DNA from: Candidatus Woesearchaeota archaeon
GTDB taxonomy: Archaea; Nanobdellota; Nanobdellia; Woesearchaeales; UBA11576
Assembly (NCBI GenBank): GCA_018675335.1
Contig: JABGYH010000008.1
Coordinates: forward strand, 38,605-62,604
DNA: 24,000 nucleotides
Direction: 5' to 3'
Shown here: one piece after another, positions 8,395 to 15,806 of the stretch
How positions within the stretch are numbered: position 1 is the stretch's first letter
How the letters are laid out: each line of letters begins with the position of its first letter
Made by a program: the position numbers and the translations under genes
The notes under the pieces: generated by a model
Database searches by the model: none
What the model was told of the DNA's origin: nothing
What the model saw: the letters and a program-made list of their open reading frames with translations, nothing else

Positions 8395-9627
8395 ATGAAG
8401 CCACTTAAAAGTTTTAAACATGCACTAAAAATGGTGCTTAACAGCCAATTGCGAAGTTGGTTAACAATAGTTGGAATTGTCATAGGTGTTGCTGCAGTAA
8501 TTGCAATAGTTTCAATTGGGGAAGGAATGCAAGCATCATTAGAGGCACAAATGGGCTCGTTAGGCGGAGATTTATTAACACTAACCGCAGGCAACTCTAA
8601 AGGTTCGCGTATGTTTGGACACGGAGGAGGATCAAGTTCTGTCGCCACTGCAACTACTGAAAAAATAGTGATAAGTAGAACTGATTTGCAAGCACTTAAA
8701 GGAATTCCAAATATAGAATTTATAGACACCCAAATAAGGGGAAATGTTGATGTTTCATATTTAGGGAAAACAGGAACTGTTTCTTTGAGCGGAGTTGAAC
8801 AAAAAACTTGGTCAGACATAACAACAGTAGAAATAAACGAAGGAAGATTTCTTGACAGTGCAGATCAAAATGTAATAATAATTGGAGGTCGACTTGCAAG
8901 TTCATTTTTTGATCATCCCATTGGAATTAACAAAATGTTAACAATTGAAAACAGCGCATTTCGAGTTGTCGGGATAATAGATGATTCTAGTACAAACATA
9001 TATCTACCCATACAAATGGCATATCAAGTTTTAGAAAATAAAGAACAAGATATTTATGATTCAATAATTATGAAAGTCAAAGATGAAGATCAACTTGATT
9101 TTACAATCGCAAAAATAGAAAAAAAATTAATGACTGTGCGACACGTAAACAACAAAACAAAAGACTTCACAATATCCTCAAGTAAACAACTGATGGAAAC
9201 AAGATCTGAAATGATGAATTCCATGAACTTGTTTTTATTGGCAATTGCCGCAGTATCCTTAATAGTTGGAGCAGTTGGAATTGCAAATACAATGTTTACC
9301 TCAGTTTTAGAAAAAACAAAAGAAATAGGCATCATGAAAGCCATAGGTGCAAAAAATAGAGACATACTTTTTATTTTTATTTTAAATGCCGCACTCATTG
9401 GACTCGTCGGAGGAATTTTAGGAATCTTTTTTGGAATAATACTCTCAGAAGCCATGAATATGATGATTGGGGCTTCTATGCGAATGCTAAAAGGAGGAAC
9501 AATAGTATCACTTAACTCAATAATTATGGCAATAAGTGTATCTGTAAGTGTTGGATTAATTGCAGGAATTATACCTGCTTACAAAGCATCAAAACTAAAA
9601 CCAGTAGATGCGCTGAGATATGAATAG
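8395..9627 (+). CDS. ABC transporter permease, MacB/FtsX family
   Basis: LRSWLTIVGIVIGVAAVIAIVSIGEGMQ, MacB periplasmic core region, NTMFTSVLEKTKEIGIMKAIGAKNRDI, KASKLKPVDALRYE. Confidence 0.93.
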   Translation: MKPLKSFKHALKMVLNSQLRSWLTIVGIVIGVAAVIAIVSIGEGMQASLEAQMGSLGGDLLTLTAGNSKGSRMFGHGGGSSSVATATTEKIVISRTDLQALKGIPNIEFIDTQIRGNVDVSYLGKTGTVSLSGVEQKTWSDITTVEINEGRFLDSADQNVIIIGGRLASSFFDHPIGINKMLTIENSAFRVVGIIDDSSTNIYLPIQMAYQVLENKEQDIYDSIIMKVKDEDQLDFTIAKIEKKLMTVRHVNNKTKDFTISSSKQLMETRSEMMNSMNLFLLAIAAVSLIVGAVGIANTMFTSVLEKTKEIGIMKAIGAKNRDILFIFILNAALIGLVGGILGIFFGIILSEAMNMMIGASMRMLKGGTIVSLNSIIMAISVSVSVGLIAGIIPAYKASKLKPVDALRYE

Positions 9628-9658
9628 AGATATACTTAAAATAAAATAATTATCATCA

Positions 9659-10495
9659 TCACTCCACACATATTTTATTTAATTTATTAGCTTTATCAGT
9701 AAATACCCTCTCAATTCTTTTTATTCCTGTCCTGTCAAGAACTATTCGAAACCGCCTATACGCAGGAATTTTTTGTGCAGTGTACTTAATAATTAAATTA
9801 AGATGATATGTTTTACCACTTTTAACAGAATTAAATGAATTCCCGTTTAAAACAAATACATCTTTTTGCGGATCATCCATCTTACCCAAAAATTTCGAAA
9901 TATTAAATCTTAAAACATCATTAATACCTTGAATTGCATTACTCCTATAAATCTTTTTAAACTTTTTAGAAAATAAATTTGTGAATTTTTTGTAAGTGAA
10001 TACTGTTTCACCCCTATAAAAATGTTCAACATCATTAACATGAAAATTATCCCTAAGTTTTTTAATAGTTTTTGGAATGTCCTTTCCCCTAATGAACGAA
10101 AAAAATTCTTTACAACTACCAATTTTAATCTCAGGACTAGAAAAAATACTCATCTCATAATCAAAATATTTTTTTAACAAAATATTCTTCAAATATTGTT
10201 TTAGTGCATCATTAATTCTATCTTTAAAAACATAACTAATAACTAAAGATAAAAAGAAAAAAGTAGTAAAATTTCCAAAATGAAATTGAGTGATGAATGC
10301 AATTCCCGTTGCAAAAAACATTGATGCAGCAGCAGCCAAACCAAATGCTGCATGCTCAGCAAAACGTCCTGCTTTTTTAGTATCAGTATCAAGACAAAGC
10401 ACATTTTGAAAAAACTTTTTTAAAATACCCATGCGAAAAATAAAATGTTCATTGTCAATATTATTTTTAGGCACTGAATAATAATTATTCTTCAT
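9659..10495 (-). CDS. Hypothetical membrane protein (two TM helices plus large soluble C-terminal region)
   Basis: Long ORF; FAEHAAFGLAAAASMFFATGIAFI...FTTFFFLSLVISYVFKDRINDALKQY. Confidence 0.6.
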   Translation of the reverse strand: MKNNYYSVPKNNIDNEHFIFRMGILKKFFQNVLCLDTDTKKAGRFAEHAAFGLAAAASMFFATGIAFITQFHFGNFTTFFFLSLVISYVFKDRINDALKQYLKNILLKKYFDYEMSIFSSPEIKIGSCKEFFSFIRGKDIPKTIKKLRDNFHVNDVEHFYRGETVFTYKKFTNLFSKKFKKIYRSNAIQGINDVLRFNISKFLGKMDDPQKDVFVLNGNSFNSVKSGKTYHLNLIIKYTAQKIPAYRRFRIVLDRTGIKRIERVFTDKANKLNKICVE

Positions 10496-10549
10496 TCGAT
10501 ATGCTACTTCACAACGTATAACTCCCCTTAATTGTTTTTTGAAGAATAA

Positions 10550-10735
10550 AAAACACTTCGTGAAAACGAATTAATTGATGCTTGGATTACCTCAGCAGGA
10601 TTTGATTCCTACGGAAATTCTAACGGAACAATATACAAAGGCAAAACGCCATTATTTGATCAAAAAACTGGACTGATGCAAGATAGATATGAATATATCA
10701 GACAAACAAATCCAGATAACCCTTGGAAAGAATAA
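10550..10735 (+). pseudogene. Open reading segment without start codon, probable gene remnant
   Basis: TAA at 10547 followed by KTLRENELIDAWITSAGFDSYGNSNGTIYKGKTPLFDQKTGLMQDRYEYIRQTNPDNPWKE*; protein-like composition but no ATG/GTG/TTG before an internal Met. Confidence 0.35.
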
Positions 10736-10739
10736 ATAC

Positions 10740-11864
10740 TTATTCAAAATAAGATTCTATAAACGTTCTTCTTAATATTTGTTGATATGGCCTTAATGAA
10801 TCCCAACCAGAAACCCAACCACCAGTTAATCTTGGACGACGCTCAAAAAATAAATGCAAAGCATTTTCTGCAGACTCTACAACTTTAACTAAATTAGCCA
10901 ATATTGCAGGATCCAGTTCACGTAATTTTTTTGCAGTTTCCCCACTAGGATCCACTGAAAAATAATCCAAACCAGAATTACCACACTCATTTTCAAAAGT
11001 AAAAATAAACTTTCTTCTTCTGTCCCACTCATAGAAAATAGGATTAATAACTTTTTCTTGCGCAGCATATGCTACCCCATCACCCGAAGGAATATCATCC
11101 CTAATATCTAGTTCAGCAGCCAATTTATCGTTTAAATCATCAACTATTTTCTCACCCAAATAGTCAGGAGGATAAAATAAATGAGACGTTCCAAAATCAG
11201 TTACAAAAAAACCACCATTCAAACCAATATGAAATTCATCTAAAAAATGATTGTGAGCATAATTAACTTCGCATTTTGCAATTGCAGCATAAATTTTTGC
11301 ACCACTCTCAATTACAACTCGCATACCTGCAGAATAATTATTACATAGCAGTGCCAAATCCAATAAAGAAAAATGCTCAGGAGGTAACACATCTTCTGCA
11401 AAAATTGAATCACCAAATTTCAATATTTTAGGTGCAACTTTTCCTGCAACTTTTTCTAAAACCAAACGTTCTTGTTCTTTTGAATAATCATCATAAGTTT
11501 TTACAACAAAATCCGAAATGTCAGGTAAATTATGATCTGAAACCAATAGAGGAATTCTTGTGCTCCCCCTTGCAATTTCACCTTTACTATCGCGAATAAA
11601 ATCAATTCTTGCTTGAGCCACACCCATTTCTCTTAAAAAATTATGAACTGCAACAAAATAATCATCATTCAAATATTTAAAATGAGAATTTCTTGAAAGT
11701 TCTGATGCATCAGCGGCAACTTCATTAATGGATCTAGCACAAACAAAGTTGATATCATCTGAAAAAGAAACGCCAGGAGGAATGCCATTTAGCTCAGTGT
11801 ACGTTAATGCAACTTTATCAAATTGAGCACCCATATCAACACAATAATCCATAATAAACCCCAA
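10740..11864 (-). CDS. Divergent protein-kinase/aminoglycoside-phosphotransferase-like protein
   Basis: FVVKTYDDYSKEQERLVLEKVAGKVAPKILKFGDSIFAEDVL resembles an N-lobe; YAHNHFLDEFHIGLNGGFFVTDFGTSHL resembles a catalytic loop plus DFG. Confidence 0.45.
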   Translation of the reverse strand: MGFIMDYCVDMGAQFDKVALTYTELNGIPPGVSFSDDINFVCARSINEVAADASELSRNSHFKYLNDDYFVAVHNFLREMGVAQARIDFIRDSKGEIARGSTRIPLLVSDHNLPDISDFVVKTYDDYSKEQERLVLEKVAGKVAPKILKFGDSIFAEDVLPPEHFSLLDLALLCNNYSAGMRVVIESGAKIYAAIAKCEVNYAHNHFLDEFHIGLNGGFFVTDFGTSHLFYPPDYLGEKIVDDLNDKLAAELDIRDDIPSGDGVAYAAQEKVINPIFYEWDRRRKFIFTFENECGNSGLDYFSVDPSGETAKKLRELDPAILANLVKVVESAENALHLFFERRPRLTGGWVSGWDSLRPYQQILRRTFIESYFE

Positions 11865-12017
11865 AATAACACACTTTTCAACCAGGTTCGGATTTAGATC
11901 GTTAATGTTAGATCATACCTCACAAATTAGATCATACAGCTAAATTAGCACATAATACCCAGTTTTGATTGAATCACCAATTTTAGAACTAAAAAAAATA
12001 TTTGAAAATAAAAACAA

Positions 12018-12092
12018 TGAGCCCGCCGAGATTTGAACTCGGGACCACTCGATTATCAGTCGAGCACTATAACCAGACTAAGCCACGGGCTC
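12018..12092 (-). tRNA. tRNA-Ile(GAU)
   Basis: Minus strand GAGCCCGTGGCTTAGTCTGGTTATAGTGCTCGACTGATAATCGAGTGGTCCCGAGTTCAAATCTCGGCGGGCTCA: 7-bp acceptor GAGCCCG/CGGGCTC, anticodon stem CTCGA/TCGAG with loop CTGATAA (GAT), T arm CCGAG-TTCAAAT-CTCGG, no encoded CCA. Confidence 0.93.
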
Positions 12093-12226
12093 ATATACCA
12101 TTCAAAAATAAATGAGTCATTTATAAACTTTACGCATGAATTGGAGCACCATTTAAAAAGAAACCTTAGTTTGACCCCTCAAGGGGGAAGTTACAATAAT
12201 ATGCTAGATCCAACATACAATATAAT

Positions 12227-12331
12227 ATGATCAAAAAATACGAAACAGAAGAAGAAAAATACGCAACCCACATCCAGGTGTCATTTGAGAGCAACAAGGA
12301 TAGCGCACTCGAAAAGCTAATGATTGGCTAA
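12227..12331 (+). CDS. Possible 34-aa small protein
   Basis: ATG...TAA: MIKKYETEEEKYATHIQVSFESNKDSALEKLMIG; composition protein-like, not in ORF track because of size. Confidence 0.2.
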   Translation: MIKKYETEEEKYATHIQVSFESNKDSALEKLMIG

Positions 12332-12369
12332 ACCACCCTTAAGGGGAAAAAATAGAAATATTTAATAAG

Positions 12370-13146
12370 GTGACTTTTATAACTCAAAAAATGATAGAAA
12401 AACTACTAGAAGAAATAGGCTTAACAAAATCTGAATCAAAAACATATCTTGTTCTACTAAATCTTAAAGAATCAACAACTGGACCAATATCAAAACAAGC
12501 AAACGTATCCAGTTCAAAAATATATGAAGTTTTACAAAAACTCATCAACAAAGGACTAGTAACCGAATATTCAGAAAAAAACATCAAACATTTTCGAGTT
12601 GCAAATCCTAACCGAATAAAAGACTATTTAGAAAGTAAAAAAAAGAAAATAGAAGAAGAGATGAATCAAATAGAAGAAGTTTTACCAGGACTCGAACAAA
12701 TCTACAAAGAAGGAAATGATAAAGAAACACAAGTTGAATTATTTCGAGGCTACGAAGGAGTTCGATCAGTGTTTAATGATTTACTAAAAGATTTGAAAAA
12801 AGGAGATGAACTACTAGTCATGGGAGGAGGAGATAGACCTTCTGGCAATCCAAAAACAAAAGCATTCTTCGAAAATATACACTTAAGGCGAAGTGAAAAA
12901 GAAGTTAAACTAAAAATAATATTTAATGATAAAAGAAAAGGCTTTTTCAAACAGATGACAATATTTCCTCACACCGAAATAAAATATATTCCTTTTGGAA
13001 CTCCATCAACAACAAATATTTACAAAGACACAACAGTTCTTCTAACAATGTCACCAACACCTGCCGCAATAAGAATACAAAGTAAACAAATAACTGAAAG
13101 CTATAGAAAACAATTTCAAGAAATGTGGCGACAAGCAAAGAAATAA
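12370..13146 (+). CDS. TrmB-family transcriptional regulator
   Basis: LLEEIGLTKSESKTYLVLLNLKESTTGPISKQANVSSSKIYEVLQKLINKGLVTEYSEKNIKHFRVANPNRIKDYLESKKKKIEEEM followed by the ELFRGYEGVRSVFNDLLKDL effector-domain pattern; GTG start. Confidence 0.9.
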   Translation: MTFITQKMIEKLLEEIGLTKSESKTYLVLLNLKESTTGPISKQANVSSSKIYEVLQKLINKGLVTEYSEKNIKHFRVANPNRIKDYLESKKKKIEEEMNQIEEVLPGLEQIYKEGNDKETQVELFRGYEGVRSVFNDLLKDLKKGDELLVMGGGDRPSGNPKTKAFFENIHLRRSEKEVKLKIIFNDKRKGFFKQMTIFPHTEIKYIPFGTPSTTNIYKDTTVLLTMSPTPAAIRIQSKQITESYRKQFQEMWRQAKK

Positions 13147-13150
13147 ATAC

Positions 13151-13651
13151 TCAATTACCCGGTTTTGATGACACTACGCAATCCCCAAGCCAAGCAAACT
13201 CACCATTCAAATAAACACTAACAGCCTCATCTGCAACAACTTTAAGAAAAGTTCTACTCGTTGTATCTTCTGGTCTTTTAAAACGCAAGGTGTTCTTTCT
13301 AACTCCCCCATATTCAACACTAGGTGCTAAAACTAAAACAAATCGATCACTTTGAACTGGAAGATCAACAGGATCATAATCTTTATTTTGCCACACACTC
13401 TTCCCATCAACAAACGCTGCAGCAACCGCAGTATAGCCTATATGTAATTGACCTCTACCCTCACCCGCATAAGCTAAAGAAACACAATGAAGTCCCCCTC
13501 CAATGTATTTAACTCCTTGTCTAAAAACAATTGCAGGCCCAACTAAATTAGTTGAATCCGCTGAATCAACTAACTCATCTAATGATCCAACAGGAGTTTG
13601 ATCTGAGCCTTGACTTGGAGTTTGAGTGGGTTGTGATTTTACAGCAGTCAT
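13151..13651 (-). CDS. Hypothetical protein, predicted beta-rich (166 aa)
   Basis: ORF convergent with the TrmB gene, AT-rich putative promoter just upstream. Confidence 0.55.
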   Translation of the reverse strand: MTAVKSQPTQTPSQGSDQTPVGSLDELVDSADSTNLVGPAIVFRQGVKYIGGGLHCVSLAYAGEGRGQLHIGYTAVAAAFVDGKSVWQNKDYDPVDLPVQSDRFVLVLAPSVEYGGVRKNTLRFKRPEDTTSRTFLKVVADEAVSVYLNGEFAWLGDCVVSSKPGN

Positions 13652-13750
13652 TTAAAAACTAATGACAACATAATATAAAAGAATTTCTAAACTGCGAAAT
13701 ACGTGCTGTAAAATTTATTTTTGACAAAAAGCTTTTAACATACTCAGACA

Positions 13751-13762
13751 AAATTTAAATAA
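13751..13762 (+). promoter_or_regulatory. TATA box for the helicase-fragment gene
   Basis: aaatttaaataa centred about 27 nt upstream of ATG 13784, the spacing expected for leaderless archaeal transcripts. Confidence 0.45.
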
Positions 13763-13783
13763 CAGATAGAGTTTTAACAAATT

Positions 13784-15376
13784 ATGAGTTATGAAGTTAA
13801 GGTTGAAACAAAAACAAAAAGTGATGTAGTCAACATAGCACTCGAAGCCATCAAAAAAGGAAAACAAGTCATCGTATTTGCAGGAACAAAAAAAAGTGCA
13901 GAAAAAACATCAGAAGATATTTCTAAAAAAATTAAATTAAACTTTTCAGAAAATGAATTCTTTCAAATTTTAAGTGAAAAAGCATTAAACGTTTTAGGAA
14001 AACCAACAAAACAATGTGAACGACTTGCCAAATGCATAAAAAAAGGAAGTGCATTTCATCATGCAGGACTTACTGGCGCACAAAGAGAACTCATTGAAGA
14101 TAATTTTCGAGCCGGAAAAATAAAAGTCATTTGTAGCACTCCAACTCTTGCTTATGGACTTGATCTTCCCGCATATAGAGTAATCATAAAAGACTTAAAA
14201 CGCTATAGCGATATCGGTTTTGGAGGAATGAATTGGATACCCGTTCTTGAGTATTTACAAATGGCAGGCAGAGCGGGAAGACCCAAATTTGAAAAAACAG
14301 GAGAAGCAGTAATAATTGCAAATGATGAAAAAAGCAAAGAAGAAATTTATGAAAAATATGTTTTAGGCGAACCAGAAGAAATAATTTCAAAACTTGCAGT
14401 CGAACCAGTTTTAAGAACCTACGTGCTATCACTAATTTCAACCGGATTTGTAAATAACAAAAAAGAATTATTAGAATTTTTTTCAAAAACATTTTGGGCA
14501 CACCAATATGAAGATATGCAAAAACTAGAAGAAATAATGGATCGGATCATCCAACTATTAGACGATTATGAATTCATACAAACTGACGAAAAAGATGATT
14601 TTGTAAGTGCAGATTCAATAAAAACTGATGAAAAACTACGCGCAACCCTTCTTGGAAAACGAGTTGCACAATTATACGTTGACCCACTAACTGCCAATCA
14701 CATAATAACTTGTTTGAAAAGCGGCGTTGAGAAAAAAAGAGTAACAAGTTTTGGATTATTACAAACAATTAGTCACACAATAGAGATGAGACCTTTACTC
14801 CGAATTAAAACACGCGAGTATGAAGAAATACAAGAAAAATATGTGAAATATGAATCAGAAATTTTAGAAAGAGAACCTGACTATTTTGACTCTGATTATG
14901 ATGATTATTTGAACTCAGTAAAAACGGCATTATTTTTTAATGATTGGATTGCGGAAAAAGATGAAGAATTTTTATTAGAAGAATACAATATGCGCCCAGG
15001 GGAAACTCGAATGAAACTTGGTCGTGCAGATTGGTTACTATATTGTTCTGAAGAGATAGCAAAACTACTAAGTTTTCAATCAATACTAAGTGAGATACAA
15101 AAACTAAGATTTAGAATAAAATATGGAGTGCAAGAAGAACTACTAGCACTATTACAACTAAAAAATGTTGGACGTGTGAGAGCAAGAATTTTACACAAAA
15201 ATGGAATAAAAGATCTAGGTGGAGTAAAACGAATTGATATTGGCGCGCTTGCCCAATTACTTGGACGAAAAATTGCAATAGACATAAAACAACAAGTAGG
15301 AGAAGATGTTGATAAATTAGCAGTTCCTGAAAGAAAAAGAAAAGGACAAATTAGCTTAAATGATTTTTGTAAGTAA
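13784..15376 (+). CDS. hel308: Hel308/Ski2-like helicase lacking the RecA1 (ATP-binding) domain: RecA2, winged-helix, ratchet and HhH-like parts only
   Basis: QVIVFAGTKKSAEKTSEDIS, AFHHAGLTGAQRELIEDNFRAGKIKVICSTPTLAYGLDLPAYRVII, EYLQMAGRAGRP (motifs IV-VI), C-terminal LLQLKNVGRVRARILHKNGIKDLGGV; no Walker A or DExH. Confidence 0.85.
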   Translation: MSYEVKVETKTKSDVVNIALEAIKKGKQVIVFAGTKKSAEKTSEDISKKIKLNFSENEFFQILSEKALNVLGKPTKQCERLAKCIKKGSAFHHAGLTGAQRELIEDNFRAGKIKVICSTPTLAYGLDLPAYRVIIKDLKRYSDIGFGGMNWIPVLEYLQMAGRAGRPKFEKTGEAVIIANDEKSKEEIYEKYVLGEPEEIISKLAVEPVLRTYVLSLISTGFVNNKKELLEFFSKTFWAHQYEDMQKLEEIMDRIIQLLDDYEFIQTDEKDDFVSADSIKTDEKLRATLLGKRVAQLYVDPLTANHIITCLKSGVEKKRVTSFGLLQTISHTIEMRPLLRIKTREYEEIQEKYVKYESEILEREPDYFDSDYDDYLNSVKTALFFNDWIAEKDEEFLLEEYNMRPGETRMKLGRADWLLYCSEEIAKLLSFQSILSEIQKLRFRIKYGVQEELLALLQLKNVGRVRARILHKNGIKDLGGVKRIDIGALAQLLGRKIAIDIKQQVGEDVDKLAVPERKRKGQISLNDFCK

Positions 15377-15575
15377 TATTTTAAATTTGCAAATCATATT
15401 TAAATAAAGTTATTACCAATTTTAAACGAATTTCTCATTAACTTAAAAATAGATTTATTCGTCCCAAAGAGTGAATTACAAAAGTATTTATAGAAAAGTA
15501 AAATAAGTTTTAATGTTCTTTAATTTTAACCTTAAGTGTAAAAAGGTAAAGAAAAAATATTTTAAAAGAGATAAA

Positions 15576-15806
15576 ATGAGGGTGTTCAATTTGAAAAATA
15601 GAGGTAAATATGCGAGGATTCTTAACTCCAATACATCAATTACCCCCCTCCCCCTAAAGGTGGAGCAAGCATTGATAACAAAGTTAACTCAATTCTTTAT
15701 TCTTGTTTGCGTTTTAATTGCGCACAAAACACTCTTACTTGGCTTAACAAATAATTTAGCCAATTTAAATCTTAAAAAATGTATTAAACTAAATATAGGT
15801 GAGTAG
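15576..15806 (+). CDS. Possible small membrane or leader ORF upstream of purB
   Basis: ATG at 15576 within the longer 15513 ORF; MRVFNLKNRGKYARILNSNTSITPLPLKVEQALITKLTQFFILVCVLIAHKT...; ends inside the purB start region. Confidence 0.25.
   Translation: MRVFNLKNRGKYARILNSNTSITPLPLKVEQALITKLTQFFILVCVLIAHKTLLLGLTNNLANLNLKKCIKLNIGE
15648..15665 (+). promoter_or_regulatory. C-rich imperfect hairpin CTCCCCC-TAAA-GGTGGAG upstream of purB
   Basis: 7-nt arms with one mismatch, in a locally anomalous C tract (CCCCCCTCCCCC, 15643-15654). Confidence 0.3.

Noticed and set aside
8382-8819. 145-aa minus-strand ORF
   Set aside because: Antisense to the ABC permease gene; composition low in recognisable motifs.
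12033-12230. 65-aa plus-strand ORF MNSGPLDYQSS...NMLDPTYNII
   Set aside because: Its first 20 codons are the antisense of tRNA-Ile; unlikely as an intact gene. Only the HELEH string in its second half was kept as a weak note.
13784-13900. Intein or intron explanation for the missing helicase N-terminus
   Set aside because: No intein C-terminal motif precedes RecA2, and the upstream region has an in-frame stop and promoter-like sequence.
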